From an uncultured Gemmatimonadales bacterium (GTDB lineage Bacteria; Gemmatimonadota; Gemmatimonadetes; Longimicrobiales; RSA9), in assembly GCA_963708135.1 (NCBI GenBank), contig OY970192.1, forward strand, positions 768,001-832,000: a stretch of 64,000 nucleotides of DNA, read 5' to 3'. This document shows, in pieces, positions 51,848-61,066 of the stretch (positions are counted from its first letter, which is position 1; every line of letters begins with the position of its first letter). Both the position numbers and the translations under genes were made by a program. The notes below the pieces were generated by a model. The model searched no databases. It was given only the letters and a program-made list of their open reading frames with translations, and was not told the origin of the DNA.

Positions 51848-54800
51848 GCGTCCGCCGGGCCGTGATGGCCATTGCCCGAGGGAGCGGTTGCGACTACGTA
51901 CGATTCCAGCCGCTCGTCGCCCTGAGATGGCTTTTCCAGTCTTTCTTTAGCAGCTAAAGAAGGGATCCGACTGACAGGAGCGGAGTTAGTACCGCTCGAA
52001 GCACCCCGGCCCCGGCCCGACCTCCCGCCGGCCGGGGGCCGACCGGACCCCGACCGCTCCACTCGGAGCCCCGACCGCTTCGCGTCATAGCCACCCTCGT
52101 GCAACGCCTCCACCTCGATCAGCCCCGGCAGAAACGCCTCACCTCCCATCCCCTGGCCCCGGTAGAGCAGCTCATAGGTGTAGCGCGGCCCCACCCGGTG
52201 CATGAGCACGTACTCGAGATCCACCAGTCGGCCCAGATGGATCTTTGTCTGCGTCGCACCCGTCGCGAGCGCCTCGCGCACCGACCGGGCTGTGAAGCGG
52301 AAGGTCTCCGGCTCGACCGTCTCACGACTGCACTCCTCGATGGCCCACTCGTTGAGCGCCTCCAGGAAACGGCGCGTCTGCGGCGGCAGCTCATCCAGCG
52401 ATCTCCCCAGCACCGCGGCCGCCAGCCGGTTCGCGACCTCGATATCCTCTCGAGTGACTTCGATGTAGTCGATCCGCTCACCACCCCGCTCCGCCTGCTT
52501 CACCTCGCGCTGGTACTGGTGCAGCAACGCGATCGCATCCATCAGCGTCAGGTACTTCTCGTGATCGCGCCGCGTGCGGGTGCACGTGTCCAGAAACGTG
52601 AGCTGCGGCGCGTACGGGTTCACCACCGCCAGCGGTCGGAGCAGTCGCTGCGCGTTCTGATGCAGTCGCACCAGGGCATTCCCCTCCCGCCGTGCCAGCA
52701 GGCCCTCCAGTGTGCGCCGCGCCCGTTGCCGCTCGTGCACGCGCCGCGTCTGCGCGCGCGCCTCATCCACACTCAGCACCAGCGCCCGATTGAGCAGTTC
52801 CTCGTCCAGGTCCGTGGCCGTCGTGGTCAGCATGATCGCCACCGGCCCCTCCACCCGGTACTCCTCCGTCACCAGCCGGCCCGTGTGCGGATCCTTGCCC
52901 GTACTCGCGATGCTCAGCGTCCCCTCGCTCTGCAGCAGCTTGAGCGCGTAGCTCGCCCGCTCCGCACCTTCTTCTTCCACCACCGCCAGCACCTTGTGGC
53001 GCAGGTCCCGCCCGCCCATGTAGAAGAGGCTCTGCCCCGTCATGGCGGAGTACTCAATGCGCTCCTCTTCAGGCACGAAGCCCAGCACCGCATCGAGCAG
53101 GCTCGTCTTGCCCGCCGCACTGCTGCTCTGCACGATCACCGCGAGCGGCCGCTCCAGCTTCCGGCTCACGCTCGCCAGATAGCCCACCAGCTTGTTCGTC
53201 TCCTCGCCTACCACCCCCACCGCCTCGAAAGCACCGAGTACCTGCTCCAGCAGGTCGGGGGCGCGCAGCAGATCGAGCGCCGCGGCCTCCTCCCCCTCCG
53301 AGAGCTCGGGCGGCTTCTGTTCCCGGGGCGTGAGCGCATCGCGGAGTCGCTCCTCCTGCAGCGTCTCCAGCGCCAGCAGCACCTGGCCCAGCTCCGTCTT
53401 GAGCGCCGGCTCCGGGGCGCCGAGCTCGCTGGCGGCTTGCTTGAGGTAGGCCGTGCGCTGCTTGGCCGCGTACAGGTCCAGCGTGTCCACGTGCAGCGCC
53501 GCGCCCTGACGTACCAGCAGGTTGATCCGCAGCGCGTCCGCACTCGTGTTCTTCTCCAGCCCCCGCACCCGGTAACTCCGCTCGCCCGCGCGCAGCACGA
53601 CCTCATGCTCACCCACCTCCACCGGCAGCGGCGGGGTGGGCGCGGCGGGAAGCGGAGAGGCAGACGGCACAGAGGGAGAGGAGGCGGCTAAAGGAGAGGA
53701 GGTCGAGGCCTTCGCAGTGGAGTGCGACGTGCCGGACACCCCCACTGATAGCTCATCCGCACCTGGCTCGTCCGGAGGACGTGCGGACTTCGCCGCGGGC
53801 GTTGCACGGCCACCGCCCAACCACACCGCGTGCCGGATCCGCTCCCCCAGGCTCTCCGCTGCCGGTGTCGAGGCCAGGGCATAGGCGTTGGCGTCCATCC
53901 CCTGCGGAAACTGGATGCGATAACACCCGATTCCGTCCGCCGCGAGTTGCTCGGCCAGTGCGGCCGCCGCGCTCTCGCCCGCCGCGTCCCGGTCGTAGGC
54001 GATCAGCACGCGCTCGGTGCCGTATCTGCGAAACGCCTCGTGATGCGCCGCCGTGAAGCCGCTCACCCCGTAGCTCGCCGTCACGTTCCGGTAGCCCGCG
54101 CACCAGAAGCTCAGCGCATCGAGCAGCGCCTCGCACAGGATGACCTCCTTCGACTCCGCCAGCGCCGCTTCGTTCCACACCCCCGCGTGCGCCCCCGGCA
54201 GGTAGAGGTGCAGCGGCGTGCCTGCCCGCAGTCCCTCCGTGATCTTGCGACCGTACATCTCCCGCACCGCTTCATCGGCATCGATCACCGGCACCACCAG
54301 CGAGCCGGTGAAATGCTCGTGTCCGCTCGGTCGCAGGATCCCCAGCCGCTGCAGCCGACTCCGGATCTCCGCTCCCGCCTTGAGCGCCTTCTTCGGCAGG
54401 TGGTAGCCCAGCGTCCGGTTGGCGAAGCCCAGTTGGAAGCGGTCAATATCCGCCACCTGGGCGAGGCCCCGCTTCTCCAGGTAGGCGATGGCTTCCGGAC
54501 TCTCCTTCAGCGTCTCGTGGTAGTAGCCCACCACCTGCTGCAGCAGCGCCTGGTCATCGACGTCCGGCTCCAGCAGCGGCGGCAGTGCTCTGGCCTTTGC
54601 ACTCGCGGCGGGCGCACCCCGCAGGATCTCCACCGCGTGCCGGAAGCTCACCCCCTCGCGCCGCATCACCCAGTCGATCACGCTCCCGCCCGCCTGGCAC
54701 GCGCCCAGGCAGTGCCACAGCCCTTTCGCCGGGCTCACCACCAGACTCGGCTCGTGGTCCTCGTGGAACGGACACAGCCCCAGCAGGTCCGCGCCGTGCC

Positions 54801-54891
54801 GCCGCAGCTTCACTCCGCTCCCCTCCACCAGCCCCACCAGGTCCGCCTCGCGCTTGAGCCGCTCCAACTCCTCCCTCTGGATCCGGGCCAT
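51844..54891 (-). CDS. DnaG-like primase (CHC2 Zn finger + Toprim) fused to a P-loop domain
   Basis: CPFHEDHEPS..WHC..C, CEALLD, YDRD, SSAAGKT. Confidence 0.88.
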   Translation of the reverse strand: MARIQREELERLKREADLVGLVEGSGVKLRRHGADLLGLCPFHEDHEPSLVVSPAKGLWHCLGACQAGGSVIDWVMRREGVSFRHAVEILRGAPAASAKARALPPLLEPDVDDQALLQQVVGYYHETLKESPEAIAYLEKRGLAQVADIDRFQLGFANRTLGYHLPKKALKAGAEIRSRLQRLGILRPSGHEHFTGSLVVPVIDADEAVREMYGRKITEGLRAGTPLHLYLPGAHAGVWNEAALAESKEVILCEALLDALSFWCAGYRNVTASYGVSGFTAAHHEAFRRYGTERVLIAYDRDAAGESAAAALAEQLAADGIGCYRIQFPQGMDANAYALASTPAAESLGERIRHAVWLGGGRATPAAKSARPPDEPGADELSVGVSGTSHSTAKASTSSPLAASSPSVPSASPLPAAPTPPLPVEVGEHEVVLRAGERSYRVRGLEKNTSADALRINLLVRQGAALHVDTLDLYAAKQRTAYLKQAASELGAPEPALKTELGQVLLALETLQEERLRDALTPREQKPPELSEGEEAAALDLLRAPDLLEQVLGAFEAVGVVGEETNKLVGYLASVSRKLERPLAVIVQSSSAAGKTSLLDAVLGFVPEEERIEYSAMTGQSLFYMGGRDLRHKVLAVVEEEGAERASYALKLLQSEGTLSIASTGKDPHTGRLVTEEYRVEGPVAIMLTTTATDLDEELLNRALVLSVDEARAQTRRVHERQRARRTLEGLLARREGNALVRLHQNAQRLLRPLAVVNPYAPQLTFLDTCTRTRRDHEKYLTLMDAIALLHQYQREVKQAERGGERIDYIEVTREDIEVANRLAAAVLGRSLDELPPQTRRFLEALNEWAIEECSRETVEPETFRFTARSVREALATGATQTKIHLGRLVDLEYVLMHRVGPRYTYELLYRGQGMGGEAFLPGLIEVEALHEGGYDAKRSGLRVERSGSGRPPAGGRSGRGRGASSGTNSAPVSRIPSLAAKERLEKPSQGDERLESYVVATAPSGNGHHGPADA

Positions 54892-54928
54892 GGCTCCTGC
54901 CTCCTCCGGAAATCCCGTCAATGGACCC

Positions 54929-54978
54929 TTGCGTCTCTTGTGGTATGGACTAATATGTCATCATCGCACCGGACGCAA
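54929..54978. promoter_or_regulatory. divergent promoter/operator between primase and XRE genes
   Basis: Inverted repeat TTGCGTC...GACGCAA around an AT-richer core. Confidence 0.45.
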
Positions 54979-54994
54979 GAGAGGAGGCCTTATC

Positions 54995-55381
54995 ATGATC
55001 GACCACGTGAAGCTCTATCCCGAGGTCGATATGGAGCAGTTCCCGGAGACCCTCAAGCTGCTGAGGGAAAGCAGGGGTCTGACGCAGGCCCGGCTTGCCG
55101 AGTTGATCGAGGCCAGTCCGCGCGTCTACAATCGGTGGGAAACGGGCGCGGCGGCCCCGCGGCTAGACACTCTCGTGAAGATCGCTGACATCCTCAACGT
55201 CAGCCTGGACGAGCTCGTCGGGCGCACCGAGCCCAGTTCCGAGGTCGAGATCCAGAATCCCAGGCTCCACGCCCTCTACCGCCACATCGATCGGCTCTCC
55301 GACGAGGACCAGCAGGCCGTCATCATCCTTCTCGACTCTCTCGTCAAGCGGTCCCAGATGGACCAGATCCTCGCTTCCTGA
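54995..55381 (+). CDS. XRE-family HTH regulator
   Basis: LRESRGLTQARLAE..YNRWETG..P..LNVSLDELVG; GAGGAGG RBS. Confidence 0.88.
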   Translation: MIDHVKLYPEVDMEQFPETLKLLRESRGLTQARLAELIEASPRVYNRWETGAAAPRLDTLVKIADILNVSLDELVGRTEPSSEVEIQNPRLHALYRHIDRLSDEDQQAVIILLDSLVKRSQMDQILAS

Positions 55382-55624
55382 CCAGCCACCGCCGCCCACG
55401 GGAACGAGCAGCTAAAGGAAGAAGCCCGGCCATCGCTGGTCGGGCTCTCCGGCTTCATGCCTGTGTCTCGGCACCGTTGCGGGCTCCGCTCCGGCGTGCC
55501 GGCCTCGCATTATGCGCCCTCGCCCTCGGCGCGCCTCCGCTCCGGGCGCTTCGCGCCTCTACATAACCGGGTTATGCAAACCCGCTGCGGCAGATCTCGT
55601 TGACAAAACGCCATATTCATTTGC

Positions 55625-56074
55625 TCATTCAGAGTTCAGCGGAGACTGACTGGCAACTTGCGTCGATTCCGAGAATTCCCATGCCTTAAAAGTAATCTCG
55701 ATCCACGAGTAGCCCTCGCGGCGAAATGACGCTTTGTAGCTGGGCCCGGTCAGCCGTGAACGAACCAAGGCTCCAGCATCTTCGACTCGAAGGCAAGCGA
55801 TTTCGCCGAAGCCCCAACCAAGTGATGCCTCCTTCTGCATCACTGAGTCAGAGAGTTCGTTGATAACGTGCAGTTCACTCACGCCGCAGAAGCGGATTGA
55901 CACAATACGCCGGTCAGCGTATTGGGTCCGAATCGTTCCATCCTCCTGCCACACGAAGTCAATGTCGATGCTGAGGGACGCGCCCCAGTTCAGCCACTGG
56001 ACGCCGACAACAACACACTCCTCGAAATCGCGGTACGCGTGAAGCTCTGCTCTCAATACAGGCAATCCGCTCAT
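55625..56074 (-). CDS. putative immunity protein
   Basis: ATGA overlap with the Rhs stop; lower GC. Confidence 0.72.
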   Translation of the reverse strand: MSGLPVLRAELHAYRDFEECVVVGVQWLNWGASLSIDIDFVWQEDGTIRTQYADRRIVSIRFCGVSELHVINELSDSVMQKEASLGWGFGEIACLRVEDAGALVRSRLTGPSYKASFRREGYSWIEITFKAWEFSESTQVASQSPLNSE

Positions 56075-59040
56075 CGATTCCAGATGTTAAGATGCGTGGT
56101 CGCGTTGGGACCAGGGTTACCCAGCGCGTCGAGATAGTTGCGAGCTGCATTCATGATGCGCAGTTGCCAACCATTTTCCCGCCGCATTAAGCGAACTTCT
56201 TCGCCCGTTCCATTCGTGAAAAGGTAGCCACTCTTATTCTCCGTCAGTCCCATCACAAACCCGTTCTCTTTCAGAATTGCGCGAATTCCAATGATCGACT
56301 CATCCGCAAGTCCGCCTCCCTCCGAGAACAGCGCGCGTAGCCCGGCGCTCGCTCCCCGTAGCCCCCGCCCGACGGCACCACCACCCACCGTGAATGCCGC
56401 CATTGCGAAGCCGCGTCCGGCGTGACCACTCCCGATATCGAAGCCAGCATCAAACGCTGCGGTGATCGGATTGACATCGTTGATCGCATTCAACCCAGCT
56501 GCGGCATTGAGCACCACGCCGCCCAGGCCACCGCCACGCTGCGCTCCCCAATTTGCCGCTTTCTGCAAGCAATCTTCAATCGGCGGGCACAATCCGAACG
56601 GGTCGGTATAAGACGCGGGGTTGTTGCCCGCATACGCATAGAGGTTAAGCCCGCCGGCAAATCCGATGGGGTCTTCCTGCGTGAACCTCCCCAATCTGGC
56701 GTCGTAGTAGCGGTTGCGGAAGAAGGCTCCGGTCTCCTGGTTCGAGTCGCCGTTGCGGGCGGGGGCGAAGCTGTAGCTTTCGCGGATGGCACCCGACTGC
56801 GAGCCCCAGGTACTCCACGCCGGGAGCTCGTTTCCGTTCGTGTCCGTGATGCAGTTCTCGCCCTGCGGGCCCTGGAAGCTGAACAGTCGTTCGCGATGCG
56901 TGATGAAATATGCGCGCTTGTCGTTCAGGCTGCCGAGGGGACACGCAGCGTTGCCGTACATCATCAGCGGGTCGTCGAGCCCCGGCCCGTCCACGAACTC
57001 GACCGTCGAGTGCTCGATCACGTTCTGACCATCGTAGAAGGTCTCCGCGCCGGAGTGGGCATAAGCGCCGCGGATCCGCCGGCCCAGGCCGTCGTAGCGG
57101 AAGAAGGCGGTATCGGGGTGAGTGCCGGAGAGCTGGCCGGCGGCGCTGTAGTAGCGGTGCCAGGTGTAGGCGGTCCCGGCGTAGGTGCCCTGCTCGAGCG
57201 TCTCGTTGCCGTTCGCGTCGTAGCTGAAGTCGACGCTCTCCGGACCGGAGACGCCGCTGTAGTAGCGGGTCCGGCGGGTCACCTCGTTCGAGAGGCCGTC
57301 GAGCTGGAAGAGCACGCTGTCGGCGCACAGGCTGCCGCGCACGCACAGGTACTCCTTCACGCGGTTGCCGGCCGCGTCGTGGACCAGGCTGTCCATGGAG
57401 GCGTAGGTGCCGTTCTTCATCTGGTCCGTGTAGCGGATCTTCCCCCGGTGGTCGTAGGCCCAGTGGCTGACCCACGTCCCTCCGTTCGTCTCCCGGCCCC
57501 GGTTCACGACCGAGTCCGGCCGGCCCGCGGCGTCGTAGGCGAAGGTAAGGTCCACGGGCGTGTAGCCCGTCGTCGCATTGACCGAGACGACGCGCGCGAG
57601 CTGCCCGTCCTTCGTGTAGCCGTAGCTCGTCTTCGTGCCGTTGGGCAGCGAGACCGTGTCGCGCCGGCCGAGCGCGTCGTAATGGAAGGAGATCACCTCG
57701 CCCGCCGGCGTCTGGATCTGGCTGACGAGCCCGCCCGGGCCGAAGGTCGAGGTGTAGGTGCCCTTCGGCGTGGTCCGCGTGTGCCGGCCCGCCCACTGGT
57801 AGGCCGACGTGTACGTCCGCGTCGTTCCCGACCACTTGTGGAGCTGGACGCTCGAGGCGAGGGTGCCCTCGCGGTTGAAGGTGCGCGTGACCTTCGAGCT
57901 GTCCTCGTCGAGCACGGTCGGGTTGCCGGCGGCGTCGTACTGGAGGTCGATCGTGGTGCCGCGCACGCCGAGGACACCGCCCTGGTAGGTGCTCGAGAGA
58001 ATCCGCTGCTTCGGGCGGTCGTCGCCGTCGTAGTGGATCGTGACGGTGCTGCCGTCGCGGTTCGTGCCCAGGGTGAGGTTCCCGGCGAGGTCGTAGGCGT
58101 CGAGCTGGGTGGCCCCCTTGGCGTCGACCATTGCCGTGTCCTCGCCCAGGGCGTTGTACTGCCAGATGCGGGCGAGCAGGCGGGGGTCTGACGCGCCAAT
58201 GCGGTTACCATCCGCATCGAACGTGAAGCGGCTGGGGCGTATGAGGCCGTGGTCGTACTGGTCGACCTCGGTCCGGTTGCCGAGAAGGTCGTGCACGAAG
58301 GTCGTGCTGTCACCGGCGGGGTCGCTCACGCGGCGCAACAGCCCGTAGGCGTCGTAGCCGTAGCTGGTGGTGTCGCCGCCGGGCGTGGTGCTCGAGAGCA
58401 GGTTGCCGGTGCCGGAATCGTCGTTGCCGAGCATCGTGGTGAGATCCTGCACGCCGGCGCCGTAGACCGGCACGGAGTGCTCGGTCGCGCTCGCCACCTG
58501 GCCGCGGCTGTTGTACGTGAAGCTGGTCTCGTGCCCGCGCGGGTCCACGACGTTGTCCAGCGTGCCGTCCGTGGCGTTGTAGGTGAAGGTGGTGGTGTCC
58601 CGGTGCGTCCCGTCGCGCGGCTCGATCAGCTTCCACGGCTTGTCAGGCGCCGCCGTCGAATACCGATAGGTCACCGAATCCGCGCCGGCGCTCGACGTGA
58701 GGTCCGCGGCGTAGGCGACCCGGCCGGAGCCGTCGTAGGCGGTCGTGGTGGTGCGGCCGTTCGGCCAGTCGACCTCCTTCGTGAGCAGGGGGAAGCTGGC
58801 GTCGTGCTTCAGGACGGTTGTATTGCCCACGGCGTCGACAACCGTGTCCGGCGCGCCGAAGCGGTCCAGGTAGAACTTCGTGATCTGCAGGGTGTCCGTG
58901 CGCGGCCCGTGCACCTCGAAGTCGGCGCTCGCGGCCGCGTAGCTGGCGTTGAGGCCGGTGGCGGCGGTGGCAAGGCCGCGGCTCGCGAGAGGAGTAAACG
59001 TCGTGACCGGCGTTCCGGCCGTGACCTGCGGCAGGGTGTC
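56071..59040 (-). pseudogene. rhs: 5'-truncated Rhs/YD-repeat protein with toxin tip
   Basis: Many YDxxGR repeats and the core motif RNRYYDARLGRFTQEDPIGFAGGLNLYAYAGNNPASYTDPFGL. The ORF-track extension to 59454 reads through ncRNA and immunity DNA. Confidence 0.88.
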
Positions 59041-59292
59041 GGCCTCCCACGATGGACCTGATCGCGTCGGGCACGCCCCTCCTTCGCACTCATGGCCATC
59101 GACCCGGCATGGACCCGATAATCCGGGCGAGGCGCGCTCTGCGGCCTCCCATGTGGGACTCGGTCGTGCCGGGGCCCCACCTCCCCGCCGGGATGACCGA
59201 CGGGGAGGTGAGCGGAACGGGGCCGGTGTGGATCCGATAATCCGGTCGAGGGGTCTATGACCGCCTCCAATCTCGGACTCGATCGCACCGGC
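59041..59292 (+). ncRNA. truncated target-loop array (half a loop plus two full loops)
   Basis: Stem-loops 59103-59173 and 59221-59292, both with ATAATCCG. Confidence 0.7.
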
Positions 59293-59293
59293 T

Positions 59294-59596
59294 CTACTCG
59301 CTTGGTTGGTTCCGCAGCAAGTCCCAGAGGCGTTCGCGAAGATGATCGAGGGTGGCATTCGCAACCGCTTCATCATCAACTGAATGGCCGTTTGCGCGGC
59401 TAATCCAAAGATCGGTGAAGCTGCCCATGCCTCCGAACAGTGCGCGGGCGTCATCGCAAATGTCCGGGCAATTTAGTTTTGATCTATGCTGGTTCAATAT
59501 TGAATCAACCATCGAAGCCCACCCGGTTTCGTTGTGTCTACGTAAAAACTGCTCAATATCCTTGAGCACAGCTTCAACGTCCGCGTGTGCCGCCAT
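59294..59596 (-). CDS. putative immunity protein (DUF6966-like)
   Basis: ETGWA..FGGMGSFTDLWI..N..LR; GAGGAGG RBS. Confidence 0.72.
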   Translation of the reverse strand: MAAHADVEAVLKDIEQFLRRHNETGWASMVDSILNQHRSKLNCPDICDDARALFGGMGSFTDLWISRANGHSVDDEAVANATLDHLRERLWDLLRNQPSE

Positions 59597-59605
59597 CGGT
59601 CCTCC

Positions 59606-60193
59606 TCACGGGTGCGGGATCAGTACGCTTGGATCCCGAAGCCAGATCTGCGTCGCCCACGGAGCACCGCCAGCAACGCGACCAGTAAAGATTTCCGTTC
59701 CTTTCGGAATCACAAAACTGTTAAGTGTTTCAGCCGTTGCGCTTTCGGGCAAGTTCAGCGCGGCTCGCGCGATTTCGCCCGAAGCGATTCGGGAAACCGT
59801 TTGACGCGTGGTCAGGAAACGGCCGATCGGTCGGGAAACACCGCCGGAATATCGGTAACCGCTGACGTCACTTTGGAGAACTCTACTGCGTACGGTTCCG
59901 GCGAACGATTCAGCTACATCAGAAGCGAGGTCGCTCTTCGCAGCAGAAGCCGCGACCCGCCCGACCAACGCCTCCACCCCATGGCTCAGGAGTCCAGAAA
60001 TTCCTCCCGCGAGCAGCGCCACCGGATCGAGAAGGCCCCCGCTCTTTAGCCCTGGCTCACCACCGGGGCACCCCGCGTGCCATTCGGTTTCCGGCGGGCA
60101 CAGACCAAAGGGGTCCGTATAGGAGGCCGGATTATTCCCCGCATACGCATAGAGGTTGAGCCCGCCCGCAAGTCCGATGGGGTCTTCCTGCGT
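59606..60193 (-). pseudogene. orphan Rhs toxin tip (possible ADP-ribosyltransferase/NADase-like fold)
   Basis: TQEDP..NNPASYTDPFGL followed by YRYSG..GRFLT..LNLP..IPKGT..GRVAGG..QI. Confidence 0.78.
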
Positions 60194-60321
60194 TAATATC
60201 CGCTCAGACGCCTCCGGCCGACTCCCGAGCCGCTATCCCTCTGTCGTTTCTTTCTTTAGCCGCTTCCTTCCCGCCTTCTTCGTCGTAGTTTTCCGCTTCA
60301 GACCTGGATGCGTGTTTTCCC

Positions 60322-60543
60322 CTACGCAAAGAGGAGGCGTCCCTTCGGCGGTGGTACCTCACGACCGATGTCGCGCGCCGTCTCGATCCACTCCTCGATC
60401 ACCGTCTGCACGTTGCCCAGCGCCTCGCGATACGTGGCACCGTCGGCGGCACAGCCCGGCAGCTCGGGCACCTCGGCGATGTAGGCATCGTCCTCCTCGC
60501 TCCAGTAGAGGATGATCTCGTAGCGTGGGTCAGTCTTCGCCAT
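60322..60543 (-). CDS. hicB: HicB-family antitoxin
   Basis: Protein identical to copy 1. Confidence 0.88.
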   Translation of the reverse strand: MAKTDPRYEIILYWSEEDDAYIAEVPELPGCAADGATYREALGNVQTVIEEWIETARDIGREVPPPKGRLLFA

Positions 60544-60796
60544 CGGCCGTGCCTCCAAGCTTGTACGTCACGATTACACGCCGGACCTGCTTCACCTGAT
60601 ACGGCTTCGCCAGCTTGCCCCTGGGCTGCAGGTTCAGGATCTCCGCGATGCCATCACGCAAGTAGATGTGATGGCTGCCGCGGATCCGCTCCTCGAAGCC
60701 GAGCGCATGGAGCAGACGCCGCAGATCCTGGAAATCGATGGCGCTGTCGGAGGTTCCCCGCAGCAGCCGCGCCAGGATCTTGTCGATCTGCGTCAT
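60530..60796 (-). CDS. hicA: HicA-family toxin
   Basis: Protein identical to copy 1. Confidence 0.88.
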   Translation of the reverse strand: MTQIDKILARLLRGTSDSAIDFQDLRRLLHALGFEERIRGSHHIYLRDGIAEILNLQPRGKLAKPYQVKQVRRVIVTYKLGGTADGED

Positions 60797-61066
60797 GCCG
60801 AAAGATAGCGTGCCGGCTCCTCGCGCGGGACCACCAAGGTGCGGGGCAGGTTTACGTAACCCGGTTACGTAAAGGGCCAGAGGCCCCCAGCGCAGGCGCG
60901 GCGAGGCCGAGTGCGCATAATCCCGGGATTATGCGCACCGAGCGAAAGCGAGGGGACCCGGCCGGTCCCGAGCGAGAGCGAGGGCGGCGCGCCGGAGCGC
61001 AGCCTGCGCCGCACGCGCCACGCTGCCGGCCCTGCCACCACCACCCTAAATAGACAAGCAAAGCAG

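Larger units (their letters stand above)
50012..56682 (-). mobile_element. integrase/primase element copy 1 (HicAB, XerC/D-like integrase, primase, XRE; probably carrying the Rhs tip and immunity gene)
   Basis: Bounded by the direct repeat ACGCAGGAAGACCCCAT (TQEDP) at 50011 and 56682; right boundary is inferred. Confidence 0.65.
59041..60126 (+). mobile_element. IS110-D remnant: partial loop array plus Rhs tip/immunity cargo; recombinase deleted
   Basis: 59041-59292 is closely similar to 48794-49042. Confidence 0.72.

Noticed and set aside
50012..55400. Prophage
   Set aside because: No structural, packaging or lysis genes; better described as a small integrative element.
59041..59454. N-terminal extension of the 1127-aa Rhs ORF
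   Set aside because: It reads through ncRNA hairpins and overlaps the immunity gene in another frame.
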